A DNA stretch of 64,000 bases, from the NCBI GenBank assembly GCA_951406725.2, contig OX597820.1, forward strand, positions 118,296,001 through 118,360,000, written 5' to 3'. Positions within the stretch are counted from its first letter, which is position 1, and every line of letters starts with the position of its first letter. Below the pieces are notes generated by a model that saw only the letters and a list, made by a program, of their open reading frames with translations, made no database searches and was not told the origin of the DNA. Origin of the DNA: Octopus vulgaris. Taxonomy: Eukaryota. Positions 1-14,188 of this stretch are shown here, one piece after another. The position numbers and the translations under genes were made by a program.

Positions 1-518
1 AGATGCCATACGATTGAACGAGCTGCGCTATTTTAGATGCTATCCATCACCTTCTCTTGCCGTTCGTCCGCATTATACTCCATGGTAACGCATTCCTCGA
101 GCCATCAATTTCGCAAACTGCTGTATTCTTTGTACACAAAAACTGAATAACAATAATAAATTACAGAATATAAATCGAACCATGTTTTGGTTCAGGTGCC
201 ATTCCGAATAAACCGACTCAGTGTTAATCTAAGACAGGTCGTGGATGGCAGAGTTTTGTTGCATGTGGCGTACCGTGCATGTATTTGTGCGGCAATGTGT
301 ATGCGTATGTGTTGGTCTCTGTGTGTGTGTAGTTGTATAGTATGTGCTTCCTTGTGACATATATATGTCTATATGTGTTTATATGTGTATGGTTTATTAT
401 ATTAAGCTTACGAGTAAACGCGCATTAACAAATACACGCACCTACGTGAACATACATAGACTCGTAGACACAAACGCTATCTCTGTCTCTCACACATACA
501 TGTATATATTTGCATATG

Positions 519-582
<64 letters not shown>

Positions 583-1769
583 CACACACAGGCGTGTATG
601 ATTGTGGGTATATGTATAAGCATATATATGTAAGATATGTACATACATACACAAATACATACATACATACATACATACATACATACATACACAAATACAT
701 ACATACATACATACATACATACATACATACATAATGCATGTGTGTGCGTATTTGTCTATCTGTCAGTCTATCTATGTATATTTGTTTGTACTGCATGTGT
801 ATTTTTGCTAAACCATGATATGTATATTCCCCTAACAACCGCATTTCAATCCACTGTGGCTTCATTTCGGACGTAGAAAACTTTTGAATTCCATAAATTG
901 ATACAATTCACGATATTTTCCTACGAATATTGACTGTAGGCTAGTTACTATTGTAGTCAGATAGTAATGGCAGGAAATATGCCAGCGTCGAGGAAACCCA
1001 AGAAAGGAAATGACTTCGGAGTTGTCTCTCTTGGTTGAATGACGGAAGATCATTATTATCTAACAATAATTTTCACTCTTAACCTTATTGGGATTATAAC
1101 ATGCTGATAATAGTGAAAATAATTTAATACACATATCTACAGTATATATATATATATATATAGACGAAGAGCGTATGCTCGAAATTAAAAAAAACTTTTT
1201 CCTGTATTTTTCCAGAACTGAAGCCCTAATACATATCTTAGCTTTATTTATAGCTGAATGGCCCGTTGTTGCTGGGCAATTTTTACGATAGAATACTATA
1301 TATATATATATTTGTTTAATCTCTGCCAGATCATGCCTTCCTGACATGTGCAATTATTTTTTCCCTTTTTAAATTATTTACATGTCTGTTCGACCTTTAC
1401 ACATGACTTCATTCATTAAAACGTATTAAAACTTCAGGAGTTCTTACAACTTTGGTCGTCGTAATGCTTTGCGTTCGTTTGTTTAATAAAGATTCCTCCT
1501 TGCTTTCATTTTGTCATAAACAGCTATCATGCAGAAAATGCCAGATTCCAAATCCTGTTTTCTGATTAGGTAGAATCGACTAAACTTAAAAACTCAGTAA
1601 CATTTTTCTGCAATTTTTTGGAACAAATAAAGAACAAAATCGGATTTAACGTTGAAAATTGTTTCAATATACCAAACTTGAAAATTTTGATGTAATTCTA
1701 AAATCTCACAATATGTGAGAGCAACAGGGAAGACCCTACAAAAGTAGAGAGACAGACTGTTATAGGACA

Positions 1770-1850
<81 letters not shown>

Positions 1851-1918
1851 GAAACAGATACATATTTAGAAATGTACCCACACAGATAACCACTAGTTTA
1901 AAATGGAGTATAGTAGAC

Positions 1919-1949
<31 letters not shown>

Positions 1950-2834
1950 TGTATGTATGTATGTATGTATGTATGAATGTATGTATGTATGTATGTATGT
2001 ATGTATGTATGTATGTATGTATGTATGTATGTATGTATGTATATAAAAGCACTTACACGCATGTATATGAATATGGTTTCACCTTCTTTCCGAAAATTTT
2101 CAACCTAATAATAATGATATTTAAAAAAATTTTATTTAATAATAGCCGATATTCTTGGCTGGTTGATTGATTGGTTGGTTTTTCCCGGTGAAACTTTACA
2201 TCTTGGAGATAAAGGTGGAATGGACAGGAAAAATGGAGATAAATGAGGGTTAACATAAGAGGTGCAACATGAGAACATATATAAGGATTGTTGGCAGGCA
2301 AAGTGTACATGTAGAGAGAGAGAGAGAGAGAGAGAGAACGAATCATAGAGGCAGACGTTATGCAAGAGAGGGAATTAATGAGAGAGAAGCGGGGTGGGAT
2401 GGGTTTAGAGTTTGCAAAGATAACTTTTCGACATAATAAATTGCGATCATATTGATAAAGTTTTGAAAAGCATTGACATATTTATTGCAAATTTACAAAT
2501 GAGAAAATTGTTTCATTTAATTTAGTTTTCAGGTAATAAATATTTATCTTTTAAAAATTAGTCTCAATTTCATAGTTTTGTAAAAGCACCAAGAACTTTG
2601 ATAAATGTTACATTATAATTATTGTATGTATACCGTATTTCTTTTTATTACGTATGGTGCAAGTATCTACTTCCAAAGTTAACCTCATTTGACGGCTAAC
2701 ATCCGAGTTATTAATAGTGACTTCTTAAGAAAAGTCTGCATCTCCTAGTTTCTTAGTTGCCGCAAGAGTGAAAATATTTACCTTCACAAAAGTAGATATA
2801 ATGTTTTCACGACAAAATAGCTAAGTATATATAT

Positions 2835-3032
2835 CAAAATGTGACCACGTGTGTACCGTTGGCGATTTTTTTTTCTCCGTCTTTCCTTTTCCTATGTTTC
2901 TGACGAAGAGCTCCGCTCGAAACGTAAAACACTCCTTCTTCCCTTCCTTCCTGAGCGTCCAATAATACTATATTTGTTCCACGTCCTCGCGTTGTTGTGT
3001 TTTCTCTTTGTGTTTTCATGTTTGGATTAACT
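2835..3032 (+). mobile_element. Short non-autonomous Penelope-like (pLTR-type) element in a TA tract, carrying a minimal HHR
   Basis: TA runs on both sides; contains the HHR at 2895-2931; downstream TTCCTGAGCG..AATA..TTTGTT is shared with the 7.6k/17.3k/24.9k/33.7k/47.5k family. Confidence 0.65.
2895..2931 (+). ncRNA. Minimal type I hammerhead ribozyme, canonical core
   Basis: TGTTT-CTGACGA-A-GAGC(TCC)GCTC-GAAA-CG-TA-AAACA; stem I TGTTT/AAACA, palindromic ACGT stem III, GUA triplet. Confidence 0.8.
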
Positions 3033-3090
3033 TATATATATATATATATATATCTGTAAATGTAATATGTGACAATTATTCGGTAGCCAA

Positions 3091-3151
3091 GATAAAACTT
3101 TGAGTTTAGGATGCCGAGGTGGAAAGACACACCACCATCTCTTCAGTTATC
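3091..3151 (-). ncRNA. Degenerate type I hammerhead (GAAA mutated to TAAA)
   Basis: Minus strand GATAA-CTGAAGA-GATG...CATC-C-TAAA-CTCAAAG-TT-TTATC, inside a TA-flanked segment (~3055-3330). Confidence 0.5.
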
Positions 3152-3429
3152 CGGCCATCAGAAAAACGCTATGAAAAATGACCGTTATACAAAGGGAAAT
3201 TACTGTGTTATTGACCGCCCTTGAGGCAAAAGAGCTATTCGAATGACCGCTAATGAAGGTAAGGGGGTAAAAAGTTCATAGTATACGCGTAAGCACGCCT
3301 GTTCATATGTTATCTTACTGTTTTTACCAATATACATATATATATATATATATTTTTTTATATATATATATTTATGTTCTCGTTCTCATTTTAATTTAGA
3401 ACAAATCTTGACCGGCCGCCCACTTAACA

Positions 3430-3757
3430 GCAAGGTTGTGAAAAAAAGCATCTTGCTTTGTCCATCATCCTTTAAATCGTAAGGTCCTGCAGGTTTTTAT
3501 AATCCCAGATATCTTGAACATTCGCAGCGCATGAATAAAGGATTTGCTTTTTCTCCCCAAGAGCCCAAGTTCAGTCATACGTTACTCGAGATAGGTTTGT
3601 AGCTGTTCTGATGCTCTAAAAATAATAGGTATGAAACTGAACGTGTACCTGGGGTACTGGATTTGCAAACTCCTTATCGATGGTTCATAGACGTCCTCTT
3701 TCTCTTGTATTTTTAAAAACCACATTGGTGTTCAGAGAGCAGCTGATTTCCAACATC
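3430..3757 (-). pseudogene. 3' fragment of an RLE-type non-LTR retrotransposon (R4/Dong/NeSL-like)
   Basis: Manual translation with frameshifts: LEISCSLNTNV..KIQEKEDVY..LQIQYPRYTFSFIPII, resembling the C-terminal restriction-like endonuclease motifs. Confidence 0.55.
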
Positions 3758-3768
3758 AACGGTATCTA

Positions 3769-4163
3769 GTGGTATTTCGTCTGCCGTTACGTTCTGAGTT
3801 CAAACTCCGCCGAGGTCGACTTTGCCTTTCATCCTTTCGGGATCGATTAAATAAGTACCAGTAACGCACTAGGGTGGATGTAATCGACTTAATCCCTTTG
3901 TCCTTGTTTGTCCCCTCTATGTTTAGCCCCTTGTGGGCAGTATAGAAATAAGAAACGTTAGCACTCCGGATGAAATGCTTAGGGGTATTTCGTCTGCCGT
4001 TACGTTCTGAGTTCAAATTCCCCGCGGTCGACTTTGCCTTTCATCCTTTCGGGGTGGATTAAATAAGTACCAGTTAATTGTACCATTGGGGTCGATGTAA
4101 TCGACTTAATCCAATTGTTTGTCCCCTCTATATTTAGCCCCTTCTAGGCAATAAAGAAATAAA
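3769..4163 (+). mobile_element. Tandem dimer of SINE family B (Nin/Deu-like central domain)
   Basis: Two copies of GTTCTGAGTTCAAA..GCCTTTCATCCTTTCGGGGTCGAT..AAGTACC..GTTTAGCCCCTT. Confidence 0.85.
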
Positions 4164-4483
4164 TGTTTGAACTCCATCAATATACTTTCCACACAACAAG
4201 ATATGCATATAAGTATTTAGGTATATATATTATGCATATAAGTATTTAGGATGGAAATATAAACATATACACCGATGTTTATATACCTATACAAACATAA
4301 GAACTGCAGCTATATATACACAAGCAAAACTTGCGACAAACACTTATTCGTATCTATCTTTGCAACTGCTCATCTCTCCCCGCTGTCAGTCTGCCTGCCT
4401 GCCTGCCTGTCTGTCTGTCTGCCTATGTGTCTGTCTGTCTGCCTGTGTCTCTGCCTGTCTATCCATCTATGTATGTATGTATG

Positions 4484-4534
<51 letters not shown>

Positions 4535-5393
4535 TTATCTATATATCTACCTATTTCTCTCTCTCTCTCTCTCATCTATATATATATATATAGAGAGAGA
4601 GAGAGAAAGAACATGTATATACGCATATCCGTATGTATATATTTGTCAGTGTGTCTATGTATGTGTATGTATATATGTATGTATGAACTATCTATCTATC
4701 TATCACTCTCTCTCTGTATTTATATATGTACAAACATATACACCTACATATATACATACATACATGTTTTATATATATATATATATATATTTATATACGT
4801 ACATGTATATACACATATCTGTGTGTATGTATTTGGCAGTGTGTCTATGTAAGTGTATGCATGTATATATGTATCTATCTATCTACCTACATATATATAT
4901 ATATACACACACACATATATAGAATCACTGATAAACACATACACGCGGACATGTATGTATGTATATATGTATGTATGTATGTATGTATATATGTATGTAT
5001 GTATTTATGTATATATGTATGTATAGGTGTCTGCGAGTATGTGTGTGTGTGTGTGTGTGTAGACATTAGATCGGCTTATGGTCTGTTTTAACAGTTCTGT
5101 TCATGTTTTTGACGCCAGCTAATGGTAAAATATATAAAACGGACAGGGAATCGATATTGCTTGACGGCTGAGGTTTGGAGTGAGAGTTATAAGAGAGGAC
5201 AAAGTGTAATTTATACAGCAGCCATAATTTCCCATTGTCTGGTTCTGTATGTTTAATATAAGCCTTTAGTTGTTGCAGCACTTGAAAGCATTTATGTTTA
5301 CCGTTAGGTGTATGAAATATGTTTGTCTGCGTGAATGTTTATACGTATATATATATATATACATACATATATATATATGTATATATATATATT

Positions 5394-5779
5394 ACTCTTT
5401 TACTATTTTACTTGTTTCAGTCATTTGACTGCGGCCATGCTGGAGCACCGCCTTTAGTCGAACAAATCGACCCCGGGACTTATTCTTTTGTAAGCCCAGT
5501 ACTTATTCTATCGGTCTCTTTTGCCGAACCGCTAAGTGACGGGGGACGTAAACACACCAGCATCGGTTGTCAAGCAATGCTAGGGGGACAAACACTGACA
5601 CACAAACACACACACACACATATATATACATATACATATATACGACAGGCTTCTTTCAGTTTCCGTCTACCAAATCCACTCACAAGGCATTAATCGGCAC
5701 TTTCCCAAGATGCCACGCAGTGGGAATGAACCCGGAACCATGTGGTTGGTTAGGAAGCTACTTACCACACAGCCACTCT
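5394..5779 (-). mobile_element. SINE family A (tRNA-like head, CORE-like domain, internal microsatellite)
   Basis: Reverse complement of the 11932-12341 copy. Confidence 0.85.
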
Positions 5780-5794
5780 TATACATATATATAT

Positions 5795-5904
<110 letters not shown>

Positions 5905-6079
5905 GTTTAAATATTTGTTGTGCAAGATTTTTTATGTGAAGTCGTGTGTTGAAACAGATATTGTTATATTTCGGAATGGTCATATTGCCAGTTTAGCCAA
6001 TAAAAACACACGCACTATATATTTGGTGTTATTTTGCTTCAGTGATATTTATTTTTTACATTAATCTTAATCTTATTTC

Positions 6080-6124
6080 GGCCAAAGTTCTTTCGTCACA
6101 CTCCTGTGACCGCATCAGTGGTCC
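6080..6124 (-). ncRNA. Variant hammerhead (CUGAUGC core), sense copy
   Basis: GGACCA-CTGATGC-G-GTCACA(GGAG)TGTGAC-GAAA-GAAC-TT-TGGCC. Confidence 0.6.
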
Positions 6125-6497
6125 TTTGTTTTTTTCTCACTTACTTGTGTCTCTCCTTACTAACCGTCAGCCATTTTGTATTTCTATTGTATGTCTTCAT
6201 TTGCGCATGCTTATATCTCTATGTGCGTCTATGTTTATTTAGTGTGTGTGTGTGGGGGATGCCTGTAATATTTGTATCTTCTGGTTATATACATTCTTGT
6301 AATTTGTATTTTGTTTTTGTTGTTGTTGCTTTTGTTCTAATTTTATTCATGTGTTTACATCCACCCATTATTATCATTACATATGCTTGTATGTATGTAT
6401 AACAACAATATTAGTAATAATAATAATAAATCTAATCGAGAAAAAAAAAAAAAAAAAGAATATACATATACATATATATATATATACATACATATAC

Positions 6498-6534
<37 letters not shown>

Positions 6535-6652
6535 TACACACATATATACACATATACATATACATATATATACACATATACATATATATAGATATTCATT
6601 TCTATTTCTTTAATTACCTGTGTATTTATTATGTTTGCAGGATCCACTATTG

Positions 6653-6845
6653 TCATATGTTGTGGTGTGCGCTATTGCTCCATTCTAGTTTTCTATTCAG
6701 GCTAGGTTTATTTTCTATTATATGTGTAGCTTCTGTAATTTGTCTAATTGTTGCATCTGTTCTATGTGTGGACAATATCTTAATCTCTATGTTATTGATT
6801 GATCCCCCGTGTTCTTGTTCGGCGTGTTGGTACAGAATCGATGAA
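6653..6845 (-). pseudogene. C-terminal part of a Penelope GIY-YIG endonuclease
   Basis: [35 protein letters not shown] fits the S..H...H / IL / R...EA..I....P.LN pattern. Confidence 0.8.
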
Positions 6846-6916
6846 GACATACAATAGAAATACAAAATGGCTGACGGTTAGTAAGGAGAGACACAAGTAA
6901 GTGAGAAGAAAACAAA

Positions 6917-6961
6917 GGACCACTGATGCGGTCACAGGAGTGTGACGAAAGAACTTTGGCC
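6917..6961 (+). ncRNA. Variant hammerhead (CUGAUGC core), inverted copy
   Basis: Reverse complement of 6080-6124. Confidence 0.6.
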
Positions 6962-7075
6962 GAAATAAGATTAAGATTAATGTAAAAAATAAATATCACT
7001 GAAGCAAAATAACACCAAATATATAGTGCGTGTGTTTTTATTGGCTAAACTGGCAATATGACCATTCCGAAATAT

Positions 7076-7143
<68 letters not shown>

Positions 7144-7180
7144 AAAAAGGGAGATGTCGAACACGAGTGGTGATATATAA

Positions 7181-7387
7181 AAAAGGAAATGAAGAAAATG
7201 CTGACAAATAATTGAAGTAATTTAAGTAATTTAATTAGGTGAAAATTCTTTTTACCGGTTGCGCATTTGTTATGCTTATCAAAATATATTTTGATAAGCA
7301 TAACAAATGCGCAACCGGTAAAAAGAACTTTCACCTAATTAAATTACTTAAATTACTTCAATTATTTGTCAGCATTTTCTTCATTTC

Positions 7388-7392
<5 letters not shown>
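7181..7392. repeat. 212-bp spacerless palindrome
   Basis: Centre CAAAATA|TATTTTG at 7286/7287; 106-bp arms with one mismatch seen. Confidence 0.95.
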
Positions 7393-7465
<73 letters not shown>

Positions 7466-7604
7466 TATGCATATCTTGTTGTGTGGAAAGAATATTGGTG
7501 GTGTTTAAAAATTTATTTCTTTATTGCCTAGAAGGGGCTAAATATAGAGGGGACAAACAATTGGATTAAGTCGATTACATCGACCGCAGTGGTACAATTA
7601 ACTG

Positions 7605-7969
<365 letters not shown>

Positions 7970-8488
7970 CATATATATTTGTATATATATTTACCATTTT
8001 GTTTGTTTCAGTGATTGGACAGTGGCCATACAGTGGTACTGTCTTGAAGGGTTCAGTCGAAGAAATCGACTCCAGTGCTTATGCTTTTGTTATCGAAGAC
8101 TGGTATTTATTCTGTCGGATTTTTATGCCGAACCGTTAGGTTACGGAGACGTAAACAAACTAACACCGGCCGTTAAACTGCGGGAGGGACGGTAACACAC
8201 ACACATACACACATACACACACATACGCGCACACACACACACACACAGTCGACAGACTTCATCACATATATTCTTCAGGCTTCATCACAGTTTCTGTCTA
8301 CGACTGCATCCCTGCTGGGATATCTTGGGTTTTAGCCGGACAAATCTACACCAATACTCATTTTCAAGGCCTGGCACCAAATCGACTGGTCTATTTTGCC
8401 AAACTGCTAAAATACGGGGACGTAAATAAACAAACCCCGCTTGTCAGGTGATGGGAGTTGGGTAGGGTAGACAAAGATAGACGTAAAG

Positions 8489-8527
<39 letters not shown>

Positions 8528-8546
8528 TCGTATACATATTTATGCA

Positions 8547-8926
8547 GGCACAGGCTGGGTGTGTGGAAAGTAGCTTGTTTCTCAACCACATGGTTCCGGG
8601 TTCACCCCCACTGTGTGACTCCTTGGGCAAGTGTCTTATACTATAGCCTCGGGCCGACCAAAGCCTTGTGAGTGGATTTGGTAGATGGAAACTGAAAGAA
8701 GTCCGTCGTATATATGTATATATATATATACTTGCCTGCCTGTGTTTCTCTCCCACCTCACCACCGATGTTAGTTTGTTTACGTCCCAGTAACTTAGCGG
8801 TTCGGCAAATGATACTGATAGAATGAGTACTGGGCTTACGAAGGATAAGTCCTGGGGTCGATTTGTTCGACTGAATGCAGTGCTCCGGCATGGCCACAGT
8901 CAAATGACTGAAACAAATAAAAGAAT
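8547..8926 (+). mobile_element. SINE family A
   Basis: Matches the 11932-12341 copy along its length. Confidence 0.85.
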
Positions 8927-9499
8927 AACATAGGCACATATACACACATAACTACACATATACATACATACATACATATATACATATGTACATACATACA
9001 TACATACATACATACATACATACATACATACATACATACATACACACACATACATACATACATACTCACACATACACACATACATACATACATACATATG
9101 TACATACATACATACATACATACATACATACATACATACATACACACACATACATACATACATACTCACACATACACACATACATACATACATACATACA
9201 TACATACATACATACATACATACAGACAGACAGACATATGCATTCCTTAAAATCTGAAGAGAGAGCATCAGCTCTGGGAATGGTGTGAAAAGATATTTTC
9301 TGATTGTGTAATACCTAAAATTATCGTAATCGTCGCATACACACGCGTTTACGAACATACTAACGCATACACACCAAGTATAAATGCGTGCGTGTGTGAG
9401 TGTACATATTTGCATACATACATATATATATATATATATATACATACATCATATATATATACATACATCATCTATCTATAAATATATTATATATATATA

Positions 9500-9556
<57 letters not shown>

Positions 9557-9629
9557 CATATATATATACATACATCATATATATATACATACATCATCTA
9601 TCTATAAATATATTATATATATATATATA

Positions 9630-9683
<54 letters not shown>

Positions 9684-10426
9684 ACATATGCGCATACATA
9701 CACATACATACCTACGCATACACATACCCTTATTAAGGATAATATTACCCAATCACTCACATCTATAAACACGTTCAAACTTTATAATTCCATTCGGATC
9801 ATTTTAAGAAATATCTCAGCTAATTACGTATCCCTTGCATGTTTGAGTTTAGAAATAAATAAACATCATAAAATATTTATTAAAAAAACACATCCTTACC
9901 TTCTACTTAAATATTTGAAATTAAAAAGAAAAGGGGAAAAAAAACCCCAGTAAAATAAATGGGAATTTTGCTGGAGAGAACCAGTGCAAATAGCCCCGAG
10001 GAACAATTAGTTCTTGAAGTAATTTATTAAATAAACGAGAGGCAGTATTTAACTGTGAAATAAAGAGAAAATTTATGTAATCCCAGTCAAATGCCTTAGA
10101 GCTGGTATTAAAACTCCTTAGATCCGCACACTTCTTATTGCTTATCCTCTCATAAAAAACCGTTAAAAGGGGAAAAAAATATCAAAATGAAAGTATAACG
10201 GATTCAACATGCAGTTGATACCACTCACAGCATACTTGCTCTATCAATATATCGTATATTTATACAACTAGACATACATGCTTGTTTAAATATATACTCA
10301 CCGAACATTATTAATATAAATGTACACGAGAACACACGTATACACACGCTCGTATACGCATATGCATCAAGTATTAAAGAAACTGTAAAAACATTTAAAC
10401 GACTCCTGAAGCTATAGGCAAATATC

Positions 10427-10466
<40 letters not shown>

Positions 10467-10471
10467 ATCTA

Positions 10472-10514
<43 letters not shown>

Positions 10515-10656
10515 TCATAAATAGTTTAAACAGGCAGATTCCGACAAACAGTTGCATGTATATATATGTAATGGATACATAAACACATACACCATCTATA
10601 TATAAACTTATATAAATATGCAGTGACAGGTATGTACACACACACACACACTTATA

Positions 10657-11660
10657 TAAGGTGCGATGGGTAAATTGTCGCCATTTATTTTCAATTTCGT
10701 GCATTCACATTGTTTGTTTTGAATTTTGTCGACAACACAGTATCGTAGGGTCAGTTGGGCACCATCTATGAGAAAAAAAGGCACCATGACGCAATTCACT
10801 CTACCAGACATTTGGAAACGACATCATGTACTACTTGGCATTCGCACCGGAAGCTCCATTATGAATATTTCCAATACGAAGTGTTCGGGCGTCAATCTGA
10901 AGAAAGTGCAGAGGATTCGGAAAGGGTTGGATGAGTCTAATGGTGATTACGAAGGTACGGCAGTTCGGAAAACTCACTCTAATCGTTCTGATAAGAAAAG
11001 AACTCTTGAATTTGTTGGTGAGATCCAGGCCATGATTGACAACGATCCCTCCAAGTCAATCAGGTCCATCGCCAAGGACATGAGAGTGTGCAAGTTTCTT
11101 ATCAGGCAGGTAAGCATTCAGTATTCCTCATACAAGATGAGAAAGGGTCGATTTTTATCCCATGCCATCAAAGTCAAGAGAAAAGACCGTGCTACGAAAC
11201 TTTTGAACAAACTTAAGCATCCCCTTCAACCGAACATGTTTTGGTTTTTCTCAGACGAGGAAAATTTGTCAGGATCAGATCGCGAACACAGAGAACAACC
11301 GCTGGTTTGTTGTGTCCAAAAACACGTAGGAAAGTGATAAAAATCAAACATTCAGAGTCAACCTCATGGTGTTTGAAGTGATCACTAGTGATGGCGAGAT
11401 TATGCCTCCATTCATCTTCCCACACGGCATCAGACTCAGCACGGAGGTCTACATCAAGTGCCTGGATGAGGTAGTGCTGGCCTGGGTGAAGAGGATGGCT
11501 GCTGGAAGACCCTATGTCTGGCAACAGGACTCTGTGCCCATGCCTCACAAACAGGAGAACCCAGTCATGGCTTTCAGACAATTTCTGCGAGCACCACCCC
11601 TAACATCTGAACACGTGTGTGTGGGGCGCAGTTTAGCGAGGGACCAACAAAACCAATAAT
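10657..11660 (+). mobile_element. Tc1/mariner-superfamily transposon relic (maT/DD37D-like), frameshifted transposase, right end lost
   Basis: ORFs 10726-11337 and 11366-11659: HTH (PSKSIRSIAKDM), WFFSDE, VITSDG..PPFIF, YVWQQDS. Confidence 0.85.
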
Positions 11661-11849
11661 GATTTCATTGAATAAATTTACGCTTTAGTATTTCAAATTA
11701 TTTAGGCGGCCCTTAAAAAGATAGACCCCTTTGGGTATTCCCTGGGATTAGGGGTTTTGCTGGTTTGCGTTTTGTTGTCCTTGCACCAACGGTCTAGGAG
11801 GAGTTAACGGACATAAAAACGTAACGCACAGAGAAACATCACTCAAATT

Positions 11850-11915
<66 letters not shown>

Positions 11916-11931
11916 TATATATATATATATA

Positions 11932-12341
11932 GGAGTGGCTGTGTGGTAAGTAGCTTGCTTACGAACCACATGGTTCCGAGTTCAGTGCCACTGCGTGGCA
12001 CCTTGGGCAAGTGTATTCTGCTATAGCCCCGGGCCGACCGATGCCTTGTGAGTGGATTTGGTAGACGGAAACTGAAAGAAGCCCGTCGTATATATGTATA
12101 CATATATATGTATATATGTGTGTGTTTTTGTGTCTGTGTTGGTCCCCCCAACATCGCTTGACAACCGATGCTGGTGTGTTTACGTCCCCGTTACTTAGCG
12201 GTTCGGCAAGAGAGACCGATATAATAAGTACTAGGCTTACAAAGAATAAGTCTTGGGGTCGATTTGCTCGACTAAAAGGCGGTGCTCCAGCATGGCCGCA
12301 GTCAAATGACTGAAACAAGTAAAAAAAAAAGAGTAAAGAGT
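11932..12341 (+). mobile_element. SINE family A, full length
   Basis: Head GGAGTGGCTGTGTGGTAAG..GTTCAGTGCC, CORE-like CCTTGGGCAAGTG, tail ATGACTGAAACAAGTAAAA. Confidence 0.85.
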
Positions 12342-12427
12342 ATAAACGCACGCATACATAAAGAAGCATGCAGATGCATACATACATGTATACCTACTTA
12401 TATAATTATTTTTCTTTTATATTTTTG

Positions 12428-12735
12428 CGCTCCGTCGGTTGCGACGATGACTGTTCCAGTTGATCCTATCAACGAACAACTTGCTCGTCAAAGTAACGTG
12501 CAAGTGGCTGAGTATTCCACAGACACGCATATCCCTTAACGTAGTTCTTAGGGAGCTTCTGCGTGACACAGAATGGGACAAGGCTGGCCCCCTCTGAATA
12601 ACAGGTACAACTCATTTTTGTCAGTTGAGTGGACTAGATCAATGTGAAATGAAGTGTCTTGCTCAAGGACAGAACGCACAGGCGGGAATCGAACGCACAA
12701 CCTTATGATTGTAAGCCAAATACCCTAACCACGCA
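12428..12735 (-). mobile_element. Diverged SINE related to family C
   Basis: Shares the CTCCGTCGGTT..GCAAGTGGCTGAG..CCTTAACGTAGTTCT tail; tRNA B-box GTTCGATTCC on the minus strand. Confidence 0.75.
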
Positions 12736-12869
12736 CACATGCACACACATACGCATACATGTATACATACATAAATACATACCCTCATTAGGGTATCTAG
12801 ATTCACTTAAAGGGTCATACAAGACAGGTTTTCTCTATTGAAAAAAAAAAAATATACCAGCTACAGCAA

Positions 12870-13329
12870 ATATATGGGCTACAGCAAATATTCTGCTCAA
12901 TACCACAGATTTGCTTGTCAGTTGTTTGACCGTAACCAGTTGAGCATGTCCCTTAGTGGCTGACGATATGTGCATCTCTGGTCATGAGCAGAAGTAGCGG
13001 AGGAGCATCATAGCCATGTGTTGAGAAGGATTCTTGGAGGTTTGAATAATTCACCTCTGGAAACATGGGTGGTTCTTTCAACATCCTTAAACAACCCTTA
13101 GGGACCTTTTGAGCGGGATGGGCTACTTGACCTGAAGAAAATTCTAACTGGGCCCCACCTGCAAGGTCATGTGCTGTTTATCTTGATATGAGATCACCAT
13201 ATCGCGCACATATGGTTGTGATGCATGTGTCTGGTGTACCCTTATCAGACGGGTAGTCATGATGGGTATACTGGACTTCGTATATTTTACCCCAGTGTCC
13301 CTTTGATGGCATGCACTGCTCTTTCACTC

Positions 13330-13388
<59 letters not shown>

Positions 13389-13393
13389 TGATG

Positions 13394-13476
<83 letters not shown>

Positions 13477-13513
13477 ACTACTAATAATAATAATAATAAC
13501 AATAATAATAATG

Positions 13514-13564
<51 letters not shown>

Positions 13565-13565
13565 G
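12870..13565 (+). mobile_element. Non-coding retroposon-like element ending in a long (AAT)n tail
   Basis: About 460 bp of GC-richer body ending CACTC, then (AAT)n 13330-13563; single copy in this window. Confidence 0.5.
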
Positions 13566-13827
13566 TAGGGAATATAATTCCAAAACTCACAGGGAAATAA
13601 AGTGACTTGCTCAAGGACAGAACACACAGGCGGGAATCGAACGCACAACCTTATGATTGTAAGCCAAATACCCTAATCACACACACATGCACACACTACC
13701 GCTATTTACTATTTATTGTACTTTATTGATTTAAAATAAGTATTTTTTATAGTATATGTTTACTATATGGTGTGAATAACATCTTTACTGAATTGTTTAA
13801 TAGTGCTTTTTCTCTAAATTATATATA

Positions 13828-14131
13828 TCATTATATATAAAATTGAAGTTGAGTGTGTGAGACTCTGTCTCCTCCGATTTAGATTCCTAACTACTCCCAC
13901 ATTTTGCGGTGCAGTTTAACCAAAAGCGGGTATCTTATAGTCGTCATTCATATCGAGCTCTTCTGGGTATTAGCGCGCGTCTACGATGAGTCTACGATTT
14001 AAAAAAATTGACCATAATTTTTCCGCATTTTTAATGATTTTTGCTCGGGTTATATAAGGGAGGTAACTCTCTAAAAATGCTTATATAGTTATTTCCCTTA
14101 CAAACCCGAGCAACGCCGGGCGATACTGCTA

Positions 14132-14132
<1 letters not shown>
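13828..14132 (+). mobile_element. Non-autonomous Helitron (internally deleted)
   Basis: A|TC start, CCCGAGCAACGCCGGG hairpin, CTAG|T end, no TSD. Confidence 0.85.

Positions 14133-14188
<56 letters not shown>

Larger units (their letters stand above)
5905..7079 (-). mobile_element. 5'-truncated Penelope-like element with an inverted pLTR
   Basis: 239-bp inverted arms 5962-6200 / 6841-7079 (one mismatch seen); GIY-YIG fragment between them; HHR-like motif in each arm; (TA)n on both flanks. Confidence 0.85.

Noticed and set aside
1162-1195. AGACGAAGAGCGTATGCTCGAAA remnant
   Set aside because: Probably a clipped member of the 2.9k/17.4k family, but too truncated to count as a ribozyme
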